Shown here: one piece after another, positions 40,410 through 50,700 of the stretch
How positions within the stretch are numbered: position 1 is the first letter of the stretch
Layout of the letters: every line of letters begins with the position of its first letter
NCBI GenBank assembly: GCA_963769935.1
Contig: CAVYNY010000020.1
Coordinates: forward strand, 416,001 to 480,000
Direction of reading: 5' to 3'
Length of the DNA stretch: 64,000 bases
Origin: an uncultured delta proteobacterium
GTDB taxonomy: Bacteria > Desulfobacterota > Desulfobacteria > Desulfobacterales > JAFDCJ01
The notes under the pieces: generated by a model
Database searches by the model: none
What the model was told of the DNA's origin: nothing
The model's input: only the letters and a program-made list of their open reading frames with translations
Translations under genes and position numbers: made by a program

Positions 40410-40860
40410 GGTGTCAAACCGGCCCTCGAAGAACACCTTGTGTATGTCAAACGGCTTCATCAGGACGGTTTGGCCCGAGGACACGGCAGGGTATATCTAC
40501 CTCATGCGCTCGCAAAAAAATATCCGAATGCAGATAGACAGTCGGGGGTGGCAGTACGTGTTTCCCGCGAAAACATTGTCCAAAGATCCGAGATCCGGGA
40601 TGATAAGAAGACATCACCTGCATGTCAGCAGTATTCAGAAAGCCATTCGAAAGGCCGCAAATTTGTGTGCAGTTGTCAAGCCCGTCGGGTGTCATACTTT
40701 GAGGCACAGCTTTGCCACCCACCTGCTGGCGGAGGGCTATGATATCCGTACAGTGCAGGAGCTATTGGGGCACAAGGACGTCAGCGCCACCATGATTTAC
40801 ACACATGTTCTAAATCGCGGGGGAAAAGGAGTAAGAAGCGCCCTGGACTTTACGGCATAA
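40410..40860 (+). pseudogene. intI: Integron integrase, 5'-truncated and frameshifted
   Basis: [18 protein letters not shown] then WQYVFPA..SKDPRSG..RRHH (IntI-specific insert), [34 protein letters not shown]; extra C at 40543. Confidence 0.92.
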
Positions 40861-40956
40861 TTTAAGTGTGCCTGACTTAGGAATATACATTTAACCTTAC
40901 ATTATTTTACGAAATGATGCTTGAACCTAAATTCGAGCCAAAGTGCTCAATGGATG

Positions 40957-41655
40957 TTATAAATTATTCTTTTCTAAAATTCGCCGCAGGTCCGCAATGT
41001 GGCGGGCCGGATATACACCGGTGGGGCATACCCGGCTGCAGTTTAAGGCGCGTTCACACAGGTGTTGACCGCGCATGCTTCCCGCCAGCGACATCAGATC
41101 TTCTTCGTTTTGCGGCGCTTTCTTCAGTTCGCAATTTACAGCGGCGAGTACAGCCGGTCCTAAGAATCCGGCATTTTTCTCCGTCACCGGGCAGGCGGAA
41201 ACGCAGGCGCCGCATTCGATGCAGTTTTCGAAGCGCGTAAATTGATGGAAGCCTTGAGGCTGGTTGGTGCTTTTTACTTGCTCGGACTTTTTCAAATAAC
41301 GCCATTCTTCGGACAGATCTGCGTATAATCGGGTCATGTCCACGACCAGATCACCGATGGGGCTAAAACCCTCTAGGGGGGTGAGGGTGATGGTGTCGCC
41401 TTCCAACTCGTGAATTTTCGTGATGCAGGTTAAGCGTTCCTGACCATTAATTTTGCAGGCACAGGTGCCGCAGGAAGAATGATGACAGGAGTGGCGGTAC
41501 ATCAAGGTTTTATCCTGCTCGAGACGAATCTTTTCAAGAGCATCAAGGATACTTGTGTCGGGGTCCACTTCGACGGTGAATTCCTGTAACCGCGGCGGGT
41601 CGATATGGTTCGGTTTGTAGCGCAGTATTTTAAATGTTGTTTTTTTAATTGGCAT
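40957..41655 (-). CDS. Succinate dehydrogenase/fumarate reductase-type iron-sulfur subunit
   Basis: SCHHSSCGTC..C [2Fe-2S], DLVVD, CIECGACVSACP, CERALNCSRVCP. Confidence 0.85.
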   Translation of the reverse strand: MPIKKTTFKILRYKPNHIDPPRLQEFTVEVDPDTSILDALEKIRLEQDKTLMYRHSCHHSSCGTCACKINGQERLTCITKIHELEGDTITLTPLEGFSPIGDLVVDMTRLYADLSEEWRYLKKSEQVKSTNQPQGFHQFTRFENCIECGACVSACPVTEKNAGFLGPAVLAAVNCELKKAPQNEEDLMSLAGSMRGQHLCERALNCSRVCPTGVYPARHIADLRRILEKNNL

Positions 41656-41679
41656 AATATCGGTTCTAGAGCTTTTTTT

Positions 41680-41950
41680 GGGACACGGATTTACACACGA
41701 GATCTGCACGGATTTTTAGAGTGCTTTTACCACCCGCTTCAGGCTTCGCTCTTCGAGCTACGACCCGACAGATCGCTCGAGGCATTGAGAGCACGGAGGT
41801 ATTCATTTTTTTTGACTTGCAGGAAGACGACTGCAAGTCAAAATCAAACTGCCTGCCGAGGAAGTTCATTGTATAGACTCATAAACTTACCAACTCAAGA
41901 ACTTATCAGCTATTTTATTGTCTGCGCCAGTTGGCGTCCGTCGGCGGTTA
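41680..41950. repeat. Nested REP/MITE-like intergenic element
   Basis: REP 41742-41766 (similar to 15846-15870) interrupts a motif complementary to 60806-60832; hairpin TTTTGACTTGCAG...CTGCAAGTCAAAA. Confidence 0.7.
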
Positions 41951-43117
41951 AATGCGAGGCCCTTTATAAAACAACCGGTAGTGAAGCAACTTTGCGGTTT
42001 TGGTCCTGCAGGCTATGTTGCGGCCGGTTTTTTTGCAAATCAAATCCGCCGTTTTTTCGGCCATGGCCCGCAAAGTGGTGGCTTTGCCCCCGATGATCGA
42101 CACCAACCCTTCCAGCTGATCCCTTTGATAGTGATCAAAGCAGTCAAAGGTGCGGCTGATCCGCTGCGGATTTTGGGGTGCTTGCTGCACCAGCAAAGGC
42201 CGCGGCGCACACCAGATCGAATGAATGGCGGCCGTTTTAGCAGACGGAACCATCTCGGCGCACTGATCCACAATTTTTGTCACATGCTCCGGCGGATAGT
42301 TAGTTGTATCCGGGTCCTGTGCCAGCCAGAGGGTGGTTCCGAGCACCGAAAGCCGGCGCTGGGGAACGATGATGTCGGCTTCATCGGCCGGGTTGAGCCG
42401 GTTGATAACCATGTTTGCCAACCGGCCTTTTACGGCCACCATGACGCCGGGGCCGGGCTGGAGCGGCAATCGAATTCCAGCCAGGTCACAAATATTCCCC
42501 GACCAGGCGCCGGCGGCATTAACTATGATATCCCCCTTGACATCATACTCGCGGTGAGTCTGATGCTCGAATATACGGACACCGGTAACCGTTCCGTTGG
42601 TTTTGTGAAAGCCGACGACTTCTGAGAAGTTGTGCAGCCGGGCACCATTGGCGGCGGCCGTGGCATAAAAATGCATGGGCAGACGCCAGGCGTCCATGGT
42701 AGCGTCCGGTATCCGAACGGCAAGCTTTAAATCCGAATTTAGCGCCGGCTCTACAGCCAAAGCCTGTTGGGGGGTCAATTCTGCGACCGGAATGCCGCAG
42801 TCCCGGCAGCTTGTCAGGAAGACGTCGCGATAATTCAAATCCGTTTGATCCAGCGCCACGAAAAGCCCGTCGTTTTGTTCAAAGGCCTCCGGTGCAATTT
42901 TGCGCAGGATTTTATTTTCCTGAATGCACTCGCGGGCGGCTGCCGGATCGTGGACGGCATAGCGGGCGCCGCTGTGCAGCAGGCCGTGGTGCCGGCCGGT
43001 GGTGCCGGATAAAAATTCCCCCCGTTCGAAAAGCGATACCTCAAACCCTCTCAGCGTCAGGTCGTGGGCCAAGGCCGCCCCGGTTCCGCCGCCGCCGATG
43101 ATCACGATATGTTCCAT
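41948..43117 (-). CDS. FAD-dependent oxidoreductase, glycerol-3-phosphate dehydrogenase GlpA-like (no C-terminal Fe-S domain)
   Basis: IIGGGGTG, SGTTGRHHGLLHSGARYAV, NAAGAW, ISRTF, GGKATTLRAMAE. Confidence 0.85.
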   Translation of the reverse strand: MEHIVIIGGGGTGAALAHDLTLRGFEVSLFERGEFLSGTTGRHHGLLHSGARYAVHDPAAARECIQENKILRKIAPEAFEQNDGLFVALDQTDLNYRDVFLTSCRDCGIPVAELTPQQALAVEPALNSDLKLAVRIPDATMDAWRLPMHFYATAAANGARLHNFSEVVGFHKTNGTVTGVRIFEHQTHREYDVKGDIIVNAAGAWSGNICDLAGIRLPLQPGPGVMVAVKGRLANMVINRLNPADEADIIVPQRRLSVLGTTLWLAQDPDTTNYPPEHVTKIVDQCAEMVPSAKTAAIHSIWCAPRPLLVQQAPQNPQRISRTFDCFDHYQRDQLEGLVSIIGGKATTLRAMAEKTADLICKKTGRNIACRTKTAKLLHYRLFYKGPRI

Positions 43118-43279
43118 TAAAAAAAAATGCCTAAATTGTCTAAAATGCCTAAAATTAAGGTGTTCCGGCTATTTAAAATCATAGAATTCCACAATTTCAG
43201 CTCATTCTTGCCCGCCAGTTTTTAGGCGGGGCAGTCATTTTAAATTTTAGTTCATTTATAACCATAGGGATATAGGCTT

Positions 43280-44734
43280 CTATTTGCCATGATACGATTC
43301 CAAGAGCGCCGCCACAAACTTCCACAGCTTGCCCAGCGAAGGAATATGAAGTGCTTCATTGGGCGAATGCGGATCCTTTAAATCCGGGCCGAAGGATATC
43401 ATGTCCATCCCTGTGTATTTATCACCGATGACGGCACACTCCAGCCCGGCATGAACCGATTTAACTTCGGCTTCCTGATCGAAAACCTGCCGATAGATCT
43501 TCCGACAGCGCTCAAGCACCGGAGACTGCATATCCGGTGTCCAGGGGGGATATTCATTGCGCGATTGGGCGTCCGCACCGGCCAGGGCCGCCGCTGCCGC
43601 AACGGCAGCCGTCGCCTCATCCAGCCGGGAAGCTGTCAGGCTGCGCTGGCTCGTTAAAATTTTCAGGGACCCATCTTTGATCTCAACCCATGCCAGGTTG
43701 TTGGAGGTTTCGACCAGGTTTTTGAAAACCGTCGACATCCCCATGACGCCGTGGGGCAGGCATAAAAGCAGGTTAACTGCGGCCCGGGTATCCGCCGCAC
43801 CCAGGGCTGTTTTCTTGGCTGCCGCCGAATCCGCCGGCGACAGGGAGACGGCCAAAGCCGATTCGATGCCTTTATATTCAGTCTGTAAGATCGCTTCGAA
43901 TTCCAAGACCGTTTTGCCCAAAGCTTCCGATTTGGCCGCATCACACGCAAACACCGCCTCGGCATCCCGGGCAATCGCATTGTGGGCGGTTCCGCCTTTC
44001 ATGGATACCAGGCGGATATCACAGGCTGAGGATAGTCGCTGCAGGCTGCGGGCAATGAGTTTATTGGCGCTGGCCCGCTGCTTGACAATATCGATGCCTG
44101 AATGCCCGCCGTGCAGTCCGCTGATTTTCAATTTGAAAAATTGATGGCCGTCGGCAACCTTTGTCAGAGCTACTTTACGGGAAATATGGGTCTCGCGGCC
44201 CCCTGCGCAGCCGACCGTAAACACACCCTCGGTTTCCGAATCCACATTGAGCAGCACCCGGCCATCGATGAATCCGGGTTCGAGCTTTTTGGCACCGTTC
44301 AAGCCGCTTTCTTCGTCCACCGTGAAAAGCAGTTCCAGGCCCGGATGGGCCAAACCGTCATCGCCTGCCAGGGCCAGAGCCAGGGCGATGGCGATGCCGT
44401 TGTCGGCCCCCAAGGTGGTATGGTCCGCCCGCAGCCAATCCCCGTCCATGATGTGGCGGATGGGATCTTTGGAAAAATCATGCGGCGCGTCGGGAGATTT
44501 TTCGCAGACCATGTCCATATGGCCCTGAATTACAATGACCGGCGCATTTTCATAGCCTGCCGTCGGCGGCACCTTCATCAACAGGTTGCCGGCTGCATCC
44601 TTTTTCACCGCCAGCTGTTTTGCTTCCGCCCACTGTTCCAGCCACAAACCTATCTGCGCTTCATTTTTGGAACAACGCGGGACGGCATTGAGCCGCTCGA
44701 AGTAATTCAATATTGTGTTTACTTTTTCCTCCAT
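43280..44734 (-). CDS. pepD: Aminoacyl-histidine dipeptidase (M20C)
   Basis: QGHMDMVCEK, TTLGADNGI, FTVDEE, GGHSG, HAGLEC, HSPNE. Confidence 0.93.
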   Translation of the reverse strand: MEEKVNTILNYFERLNAVPRCSKNEAQIGLWLEQWAEAKQLAVKKDAAGNLLMKVPPTAGYENAPVIVIQGHMDMVCEKSPDAPHDFSKDPIRHIMDGDWLRADHTTLGADNGIAIALALALAGDDGLAHPGLELLFTVDEESGLNGAKKLEPGFIDGRVLLNVDSETEGVFTVGCAGGRETHISRKVALTKVADGHQFFKLKISGLHGGHSGIDIVKQRASANKLIARSLQRLSSACDIRLVSMKGGTAHNAIARDAEAVFACDAAKSEALGKTVLEFEAILQTEYKGIESALAVSLSPADSAAAKKTALGAADTRAAVNLLLCLPHGVMGMSTVFKNLVETSNNLAWVEIKDGSLKILTSQRSLTASRLDEATAAVAAAAALAGADAQSRNEYPPWTPDMQSPVLERCRKIYRQVFDQEAEVKSVHAGLECAVIGDKYTGMDMISFGPDLKDPHSPNEALHIPSLGKLWKFVAALLESYHGK

Positions 44735-44968
44735 TAAATTTCTCCTATATCGTTTTTGCCATTGGAACAATGCCTTTATAAAGCTTATGGGTGTTTGCGC
44801 GCCGCATGTCAAGATCTACTTATTTTAAATCGCCGGCGGTTTGAATTTGAGGTGCAGCTTGATTTATCCGGGTAGATTGCATTACAATAATATAACTCGT
44901 AGCAGGATACCTGTCTTGATTTTATGCGGGTCCTGTTTAATGTTACAGGTAAGATTGGAAAATCGCCC

Positions 44969-46045
44969 ATGAGAGTGGAATGTCCGAACTGCCGGATGGT
45001 CAGTGCGGTCCGAGAAGATCGGATTGTGACATCGCATAATTCCATTAGTCTGTCCTGTCCCACTTGCAGGTTTTCAATGGTGCTGCATTTACAATCCAAC
45101 TTGGACAGGACCGACAGCCCGCCGGAGATTCAGAACCTGTCGGCAGATCAGCTAACATCCGGCCCACCGGCGAAAGATACCAGGAATCGGCGGCATATCA
45201 CGGCACTTAAAGCCAAAATTTTGCGCAGCCTGGTCAATCTGCCGTCCATGCCCCATATAATTCTCAAGGCACGGGAAATTTTATCGGATCCTGACTCCAG
45301 TCTAAGGGATCTATCCCGAGTTATTGAAATAGACCAGGCGCTGGTGGCTAAGGTGCTGACCCTGGCCAACTCAGCTTATTACGGGGTCAGCGGCATGGTG
45401 TCCTCAATTCAGCATGCTTCGGTTTTGCTCGGCCAGAAGATCCTGGGTCAAATGATTACGATATCGGCATCATCAGTGCTGCTCAACAAAAAGCTGAGAG
45501 GCTACGGTATTGCTCCCGATGATATGTGGCGGCATTCACTGGCCTGTGCTTTTGCTGCTAAAAGGATTGCTGAGAGGAATAATGATGGTCTGATCGATGA
45601 TGCCTTCACCGCAGGGCTGTTGCATGACGCCGGAAAAATAATTCTCGATCCGTATGTGATAAAACGCAAGGACGAATTCGAGCCGTTTGCCGGCCAAATT
45701 AATATGCCGCTATTCGAGATCGAAAAAGCGGTTTTCGGGTTCGATCATGCCGAGATCATGTCCCGGGCATGCCGGCTCTGGCGGTTTCCCGAGATCCAGG
45801 TAACGGCGATCCGATATCACCATGAGCCTTCCTGCGAGGAAGAAAATGAGCTGGCCTGCATGATCCACCTGGCTGACGTTCTGGCTAAATCAGCAGGGTT
45901 TGCTGCGGGACAGTCTGCAACCCTGGATCAAATCGCCCCCGAAATTCTGCAATTTCTACACATCAGGGCCCAAGATCTGGTTGTTGTCGCTGATGCTGTG
46001 AAGGAAGATTTGCAAAAAATAAAAGAGGAGTTGAAGGAGGTCTGA
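44969..46045 (+). CDS. Zinc-ribbon + HDOD-domain signalling protein
   Basis: CPNC/CPTC; LPSMP, DQALVAKVL.LANSAYY, WRHS, GLLHDAGK, FDHA, YHH. Confidence 0.88.
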   Translation: MRVECPNCRMVSAVREDRIVTSHNSISLSCPTCRFSMVLHLQSNLDRTDSPPEIQNLSADQLTSGPPAKDTRNRRHITALKAKILRSLVNLPSMPHIILKAREILSDPDSSLRDLSRVIEIDQALVAKVLTLANSAYYGVSGMVSSIQHASVLLGQKILGQMITISASSVLLNKKLRGYGIAPDDMWRHSLACAFAAKRIAERNNDGLIDDAFTAGLLHDAGKIILDPYVIKRKDEFEPFAGQINMPLFEIEKAVFGFDHAEIMSRACRLWRFPEIQVTAIRYHHEPSCEEENELACMIHLADVLAKSAGFAAGQSATLDQIAPEILQFLHIRAQDLVVVADAVKEDLQKIKEELKEV

Positions 46046-46096
46046 TTTTGCTTCAGCCTGGAGCCGGCCAGGCAGCTTCTCCGGTGGAGGCGGATA

Positions 46097-47257
46097 ATGT
46101 CGCTATTTGATCTAACCGAATTCTTTAGGCTTTCATCGGCGTTGCACTACAATCTGAGTGCGGCTTCTTTGAATCGATACACCGTCCTGATGTATATCAT
46201 CGGTGACAAACGCCTGGCCGCCGACGATAAGAAAGACCGGGAATACAAAGCTGTTTTGATGGAAGCGCTGGGATATCTTTTCAGTGCCTACAGTCAAAAG
46301 CGCCGGCGTCTGGGGCCCATGGCCGTTTTGCATCCCCTGCGCGCGGCAGCCATATTCACTCGATTCTTCGACGATTTCAACCTGATAAACCTCCTCACGC
46401 TGCTCTTTCATGATGTTCTCGAAGATGTTAAACCGGTCCAGTTTGAAGTTCATAAATGGAAAAGCATGGAAGAGCAGTTTTACAATCTCATGGAGCGGAT
46501 AGATCCGGCCGATGAATCCAAGCTGACCGCCAACCTGGTGTTCCTGACGCGGGTTGAAGGCGAATCTTACTATCATTATATCGGAAGGCTGCTGGACAAT
46601 GCCCGGAATTCCCCCGAGCTTGTTGCGGTGAAACTGGCAGACCGGTTGGACAATACGCTGGATATGCGCATCGACCTTGAAGATGCTCTGGCCAGAATAG
46701 ATTTTTTCGAGACCATCTTTCAGGTCCTGTTTGTCGCCAACTATCCGGGCTACAAACCCAAACTGGAGCACGCTCCGACGACGGCCATCAACGGCGCCAA
46801 GAGGCTGTATCAGCTTTTTAAAAATGCCGTCCTGTTGTCCCTAATCCGGCAGCATACGCCGCCGAAAGATCAGCGCACGGTAAAAATCCTCTTCAATGCC
46901 GTTGCCGAGGCAAGCTTGAAAGAAGCCCAGCGAACCTTGATCCACCTGATAAGCTACCATGTCAAAGACCTGCACGACCAGCGCAGCCTTGTTCTGGAGG
47001 CCATGCATTATTGCTACAGCGGCCGCAGCGACCTGGTTACCAGACCCGGCGGCAGTCAGTTGCTGGATGGAATGTTTTCGACCTACTTTAAGCACACCTC
47101 CAGTAAGATCCGCAATAAACAGCTGGATGTCTTATACCGGAACAAGCCCTTGATGCTGGAGGCATCGGTGGCCTTTCTGGTCATCTTTTTAAGTTTTCTA
47201 AACGACGAAACTTTCTATATCAAGGGTATCAGCGCGAGAGGCATCCGGGCGAGGTGA
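46097..47257 (+). CDS. HD_4 (RelA/SpoT hydrolase-like) domain protein with an uncharacterised C-terminal extension
   Basis: LHPLRAA, LFHDVLED, VAVKLADRLDN. Confidence 0.7.
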   Translation: MSLFDLTEFFRLSSALHYNLSAASLNRYTVLMYIIGDKRLAADDKKDREYKAVLMEALGYLFSAYSQKRRRLGPMAVLHPLRAAAIFTRFFDDFNLINLLTLLFHDVLEDVKPVQFEVHKWKSMEEQFYNLMERIDPADESKLTANLVFLTRVEGESYYHYIGRLLDNARNSPELVAVKLADRLDNTLDMRIDLEDALARIDFFETIFQVLFVANYPGYKPKLEHAPTTAINGAKRLYQLFKNAVLLSLIRQHTPPKDQRTVKILFNAVAEASLKEAQRTLIHLISYHVKDLHDQRSLVLEAMHYCYSGRSDLVTRPGGSQLLDGMFSTYFKHTSSKIRNKQLDVLYRNKPLMLEASVAFLVIFLSFLNDETFYIKGISARGIRAR

Positions 47258-47264
47258 TCGGGCT

Positions 47265-47550
47265 TTGGCGAAATGACGAATGTCGAATGAAGGGATTCTA
47301 TCTTTATTTTAGATTTTGAATTAGGGATTTCGGATTGGATCAGCAAAGAGCATAGGGCTTAGCGCAAAGAGTATAGGTCTAGCAGGCAATAAATGAGCAA
47401 CATCCTATTGCACCCAACGAACCCAACGATCTAAACCATCCCAACGTTCCAAATTTATCCTATGAATTATACGAAGTATCAGCGAAGCGAATTTCATCGG
47501 GACCATCCAAACGAACTAAACGAACTTAACGCCATGCGCTAGGCGATGCC
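47265..47550. repeat. Composite intergenic tandem repeats with a REP-like hairpin
   Basis: CGAATG-type and GCATAGG 7-mers, AACGAAC(C/T) 9-mers; CCAAATTTATCC...CGGGAC flanks shared with 513-568. Confidence 0.7.
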
Positions 47551-47729
47551 GTTGTGGTTGTTCCATCCTGCAACCATGATTTTCCTCTGATTCATAAGCA
47601 TTTGATAATAAGGTTAATTTGTGTATTTTCTTGCAAAAAATAGGAATTCCGCATAAAATTATTTTTAATTCCTTGAACATCCGGGCTCCCCGAAACTCCC
47701 TGATGTCGTCAGATCGGTAAACCAATACA

Positions 47730-50700
47730 ATGCATCAACAAGAACTCGTCAATTTGCTTGAATTTACAGGCAAGGACCCTACCAGGCTGGTCTTTGAGGA
47801 TGAACTCACCAGCGTGTACAACCGGCGATTCCTCTTCCAGTATTTTCAGTCCAGAATATCATGGGAGGATCTGTCGAAGGATCCCCTTTCGCTGATTATG
47901 ATGGACGTTGACAATTTTAAAGGCGTCAACGACACATACGGGCATCAGGTCGGTGACAAGGCCTTGGTCTGGGTGGCCGATATCCTGCGCGATGTGGCCG
48001 GAGATGACGGCTTGCCCATACGCTATGCCGGCGATGAATTCATGGTGTTGTTTTTGCATTGCGACAAGCAAACGGCACTCAAGCTGGGCAATCGTTTAGT
48101 CAACAAAGTGCGTTCGGAGGCTTTCAGGTTTGACGGCAACCATAAGACACTGCCGATCACCCTGAGTCTCGGGGTCGCCTCGGCCCCCGAGGATGCGAAG
48201 ACCGGTAAAGGCTTGATTCAACAGGCGGACGTTGCCCTTTACTTTGCGAAAAGCAGCGGTCGGGACTGCCTGGTGAATGCCAGCGAAGTTGTCCAGGAAG
48301 CCGTATTCGACAAAACCGCCATCAACCAGCTTAACGAAGTCAAACTGGTCGGCCGGGGACCTCAGCTGTCCCAGGTGAGCGAGGCGTTGAATAAATTCGG
48401 CCAGAAACAAAATCAGATGTTGATTGCCGAAGGCTCAGCCGGACTCGGCAAAACCGAGTTTTTAGATACCGTGCGGCGCAGTCTGGCCCGCACCAAGGCC
48501 TGGCGCATAAAGGTCAGCGGCGACCAGCAGGAAATGTTTCGCCCCTATTACCTGATGACCAGCATCCTGGTCAACCTGCTTAACTACCGCGGCGACCAGG
48601 GAACCGCCATCATCAACAGCTTGAGTAAAAGCCATCAGGCCTATATCGGCAAAATTCTGCCCCAGCTGACCACGGAGTCAGCACCTGCGGAAGATGAGGA
48701 TAATAGTTCCAGCCGCAAAGGCATATTTACGGCCCTGGCGCATTTGTTTATAAAGGCCGCCGCCAATCGCCCCGTTATCCTGTTTCTGGATGATCTGCAT
48801 CTGGCCGACGAAGCATCCCTGATTATGCTGCGTCAGCTGCTGTTGCTCAATAATTTCCCCCTTTTCATCTGTGGTGCGGCCGAAAGCATTCAGGAATCCG
48901 ACCGGGCCGAGAACAAGATTCCCCTGCACCGATTTTTCGAAATATACCAAAAGACGCTCGGTATCCGGACGATAACCCTGACACCGCTGACCGCCGCTGA
49001 TATCACCAAACATATTCAAGGATTATTTCCGAATATAAAGCTGCCTCCGGAGTTTGATCAGGAGATTGTCCGCATCAGCCAGGGCAATCCGCTTTTTATC
49101 AGTGAATTGCTGCGTAAACTGGTGCTTGATCGTAAAATCACCCTGGTGGGGCAGAAATGGACCCTTGAACAGCTGGAAGAAGGGTATCTTCCCAAAACCC
49201 TGGAAGATATTGTGACCCAAAAAATTGCCGCGCTGGATGAAGAAAGCCGCCTGATTCTGGATCAAGTTTCAGCCTTGGGGGGGGATGTCTCCCTGAGTAT
49301 GCTGGTGGGAAGTTCCGATCAGATGGAAACCAGGGTTTTAGAATTTATCGATCAGGCGCGCGCCCAGGGGCTTGTCAGCACGAATTTTCAACTCAACGAT
49401 GAAATTATTACGATCCTGGGAAAGCAGGTGCTGGCTATCACCTACGGTGCCATCCAGCCGGATCGCAAACATCAATTGCACGAACGCATCGGCAATTACC
49501 AGGAGACCCTTTATGAGCGCCAGCTGCTGCCTTCTGCGGCCACCCTGGCCTACCATTTCAAGCGTTCGACCAATCAGCAAAAAGCCGTGCGCTACGAAAA
49601 AATCCAGGCCATTGCCAACAATCGCAGTTTTAACGGTCAGGAGGCCGTGGCTTACACCGTTGAGGCCCCCGGGGAGACCACTGAAATTGATGTTCCTCTA
49701 AAGCCCGAAGACCTGAAGCGCGTGCCCGAAATCATTCGCGATTTTATGGTGGCCGTGCGCAATTTCAAACTCTACCCCCCGGGCAGTAAATCAATTGAAA
49801 TGATCAATCAGCAGTTTAAGGCCTCCCTCGATCAAATTCTGTCCGGCAACGAAACCTTAAATATTGTTCAGGTAAAGAACTCCATTCTGATAAACGGTCA
49901 AAAGATCGATGTTTCCGAATATAAGTTGGTGATGGATACCTTTTTGAAGCTGCTCAATCGCGTTGAGCTCAAGGGCCTTGCGTTTCACAGCGGCGTCACC
50001 GAGCAGGAGCTTGAAATACTGCTGCAGACACTTGGCAAAACCGATAAAAAGACATTTGATGCCGGCTTCTGGGACAATTTCTCCACCGAACACCGGATCA
50101 GCAACATCGAATTAAAACAGATCCAATATGCCGTAAAAGTCAAGGCCGTCGCCGGCGCCGGGCCCGGCCCGGCCGCCGCCCCGGGGCAAACGCCGGCCGT
50201 TTCAGCACCGACCGAGCAGCTGACATTGCCGCTCGGCCACCAGGAGATGAAAGCGATTCCGGAAATTCTGCGTAATCTGGTTGCTGCGGCGCGCGTGATA
50301 AAGCTCTATCCGATAAAAAGCAAGTCGGTTGCCAACACCATCAACAAACTTCTGGAGAACCTGCAGCGATTTTTTACCACCCAGCGGGTTCTGGCTTTTT
50401 CGCGCGCCGGCGATACGCTGCTGGTCAACGGTGAGAAGCTGGATACTTCAGGCGCTTCGGAGTTTCGAGGGCTCGCCGACAATTTTCTGACATTGCTGGG
50501 TGAGATCGGGCTGGAGAGTATCACCTTTCTGGAAAGTATTTCCGTGCACCAACTGGAAACATTTATCGGGGTACTGGGCGATTTCCCCGAATCGGAAGTT
50601 AATACGGACTTCTGGAAGGTTCTGGCTGAAGAACAGGGCCTGACTGCGATTTTATTTGACCAGCAGTTGTATGAAATTCAAGTAGCGCATAGCCTGTCGG

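Larger units (their letters stand above)
35804..40860. mobile_element. Decayed integron: intI remnant on + strand with a cassette array on the - strand
   Basis: IntI C-terminus at 40410-40860; attC-like hairpins between successive genes; three toxin-antitoxin cassettes. Confidence 0.85.

Noticed and set aside
40366..40860. Phage or XerC/D integrase marking a prophage
   Set aside because: The IntI-specific insert and attC-like sites indicate an integron; no phage genes nearby
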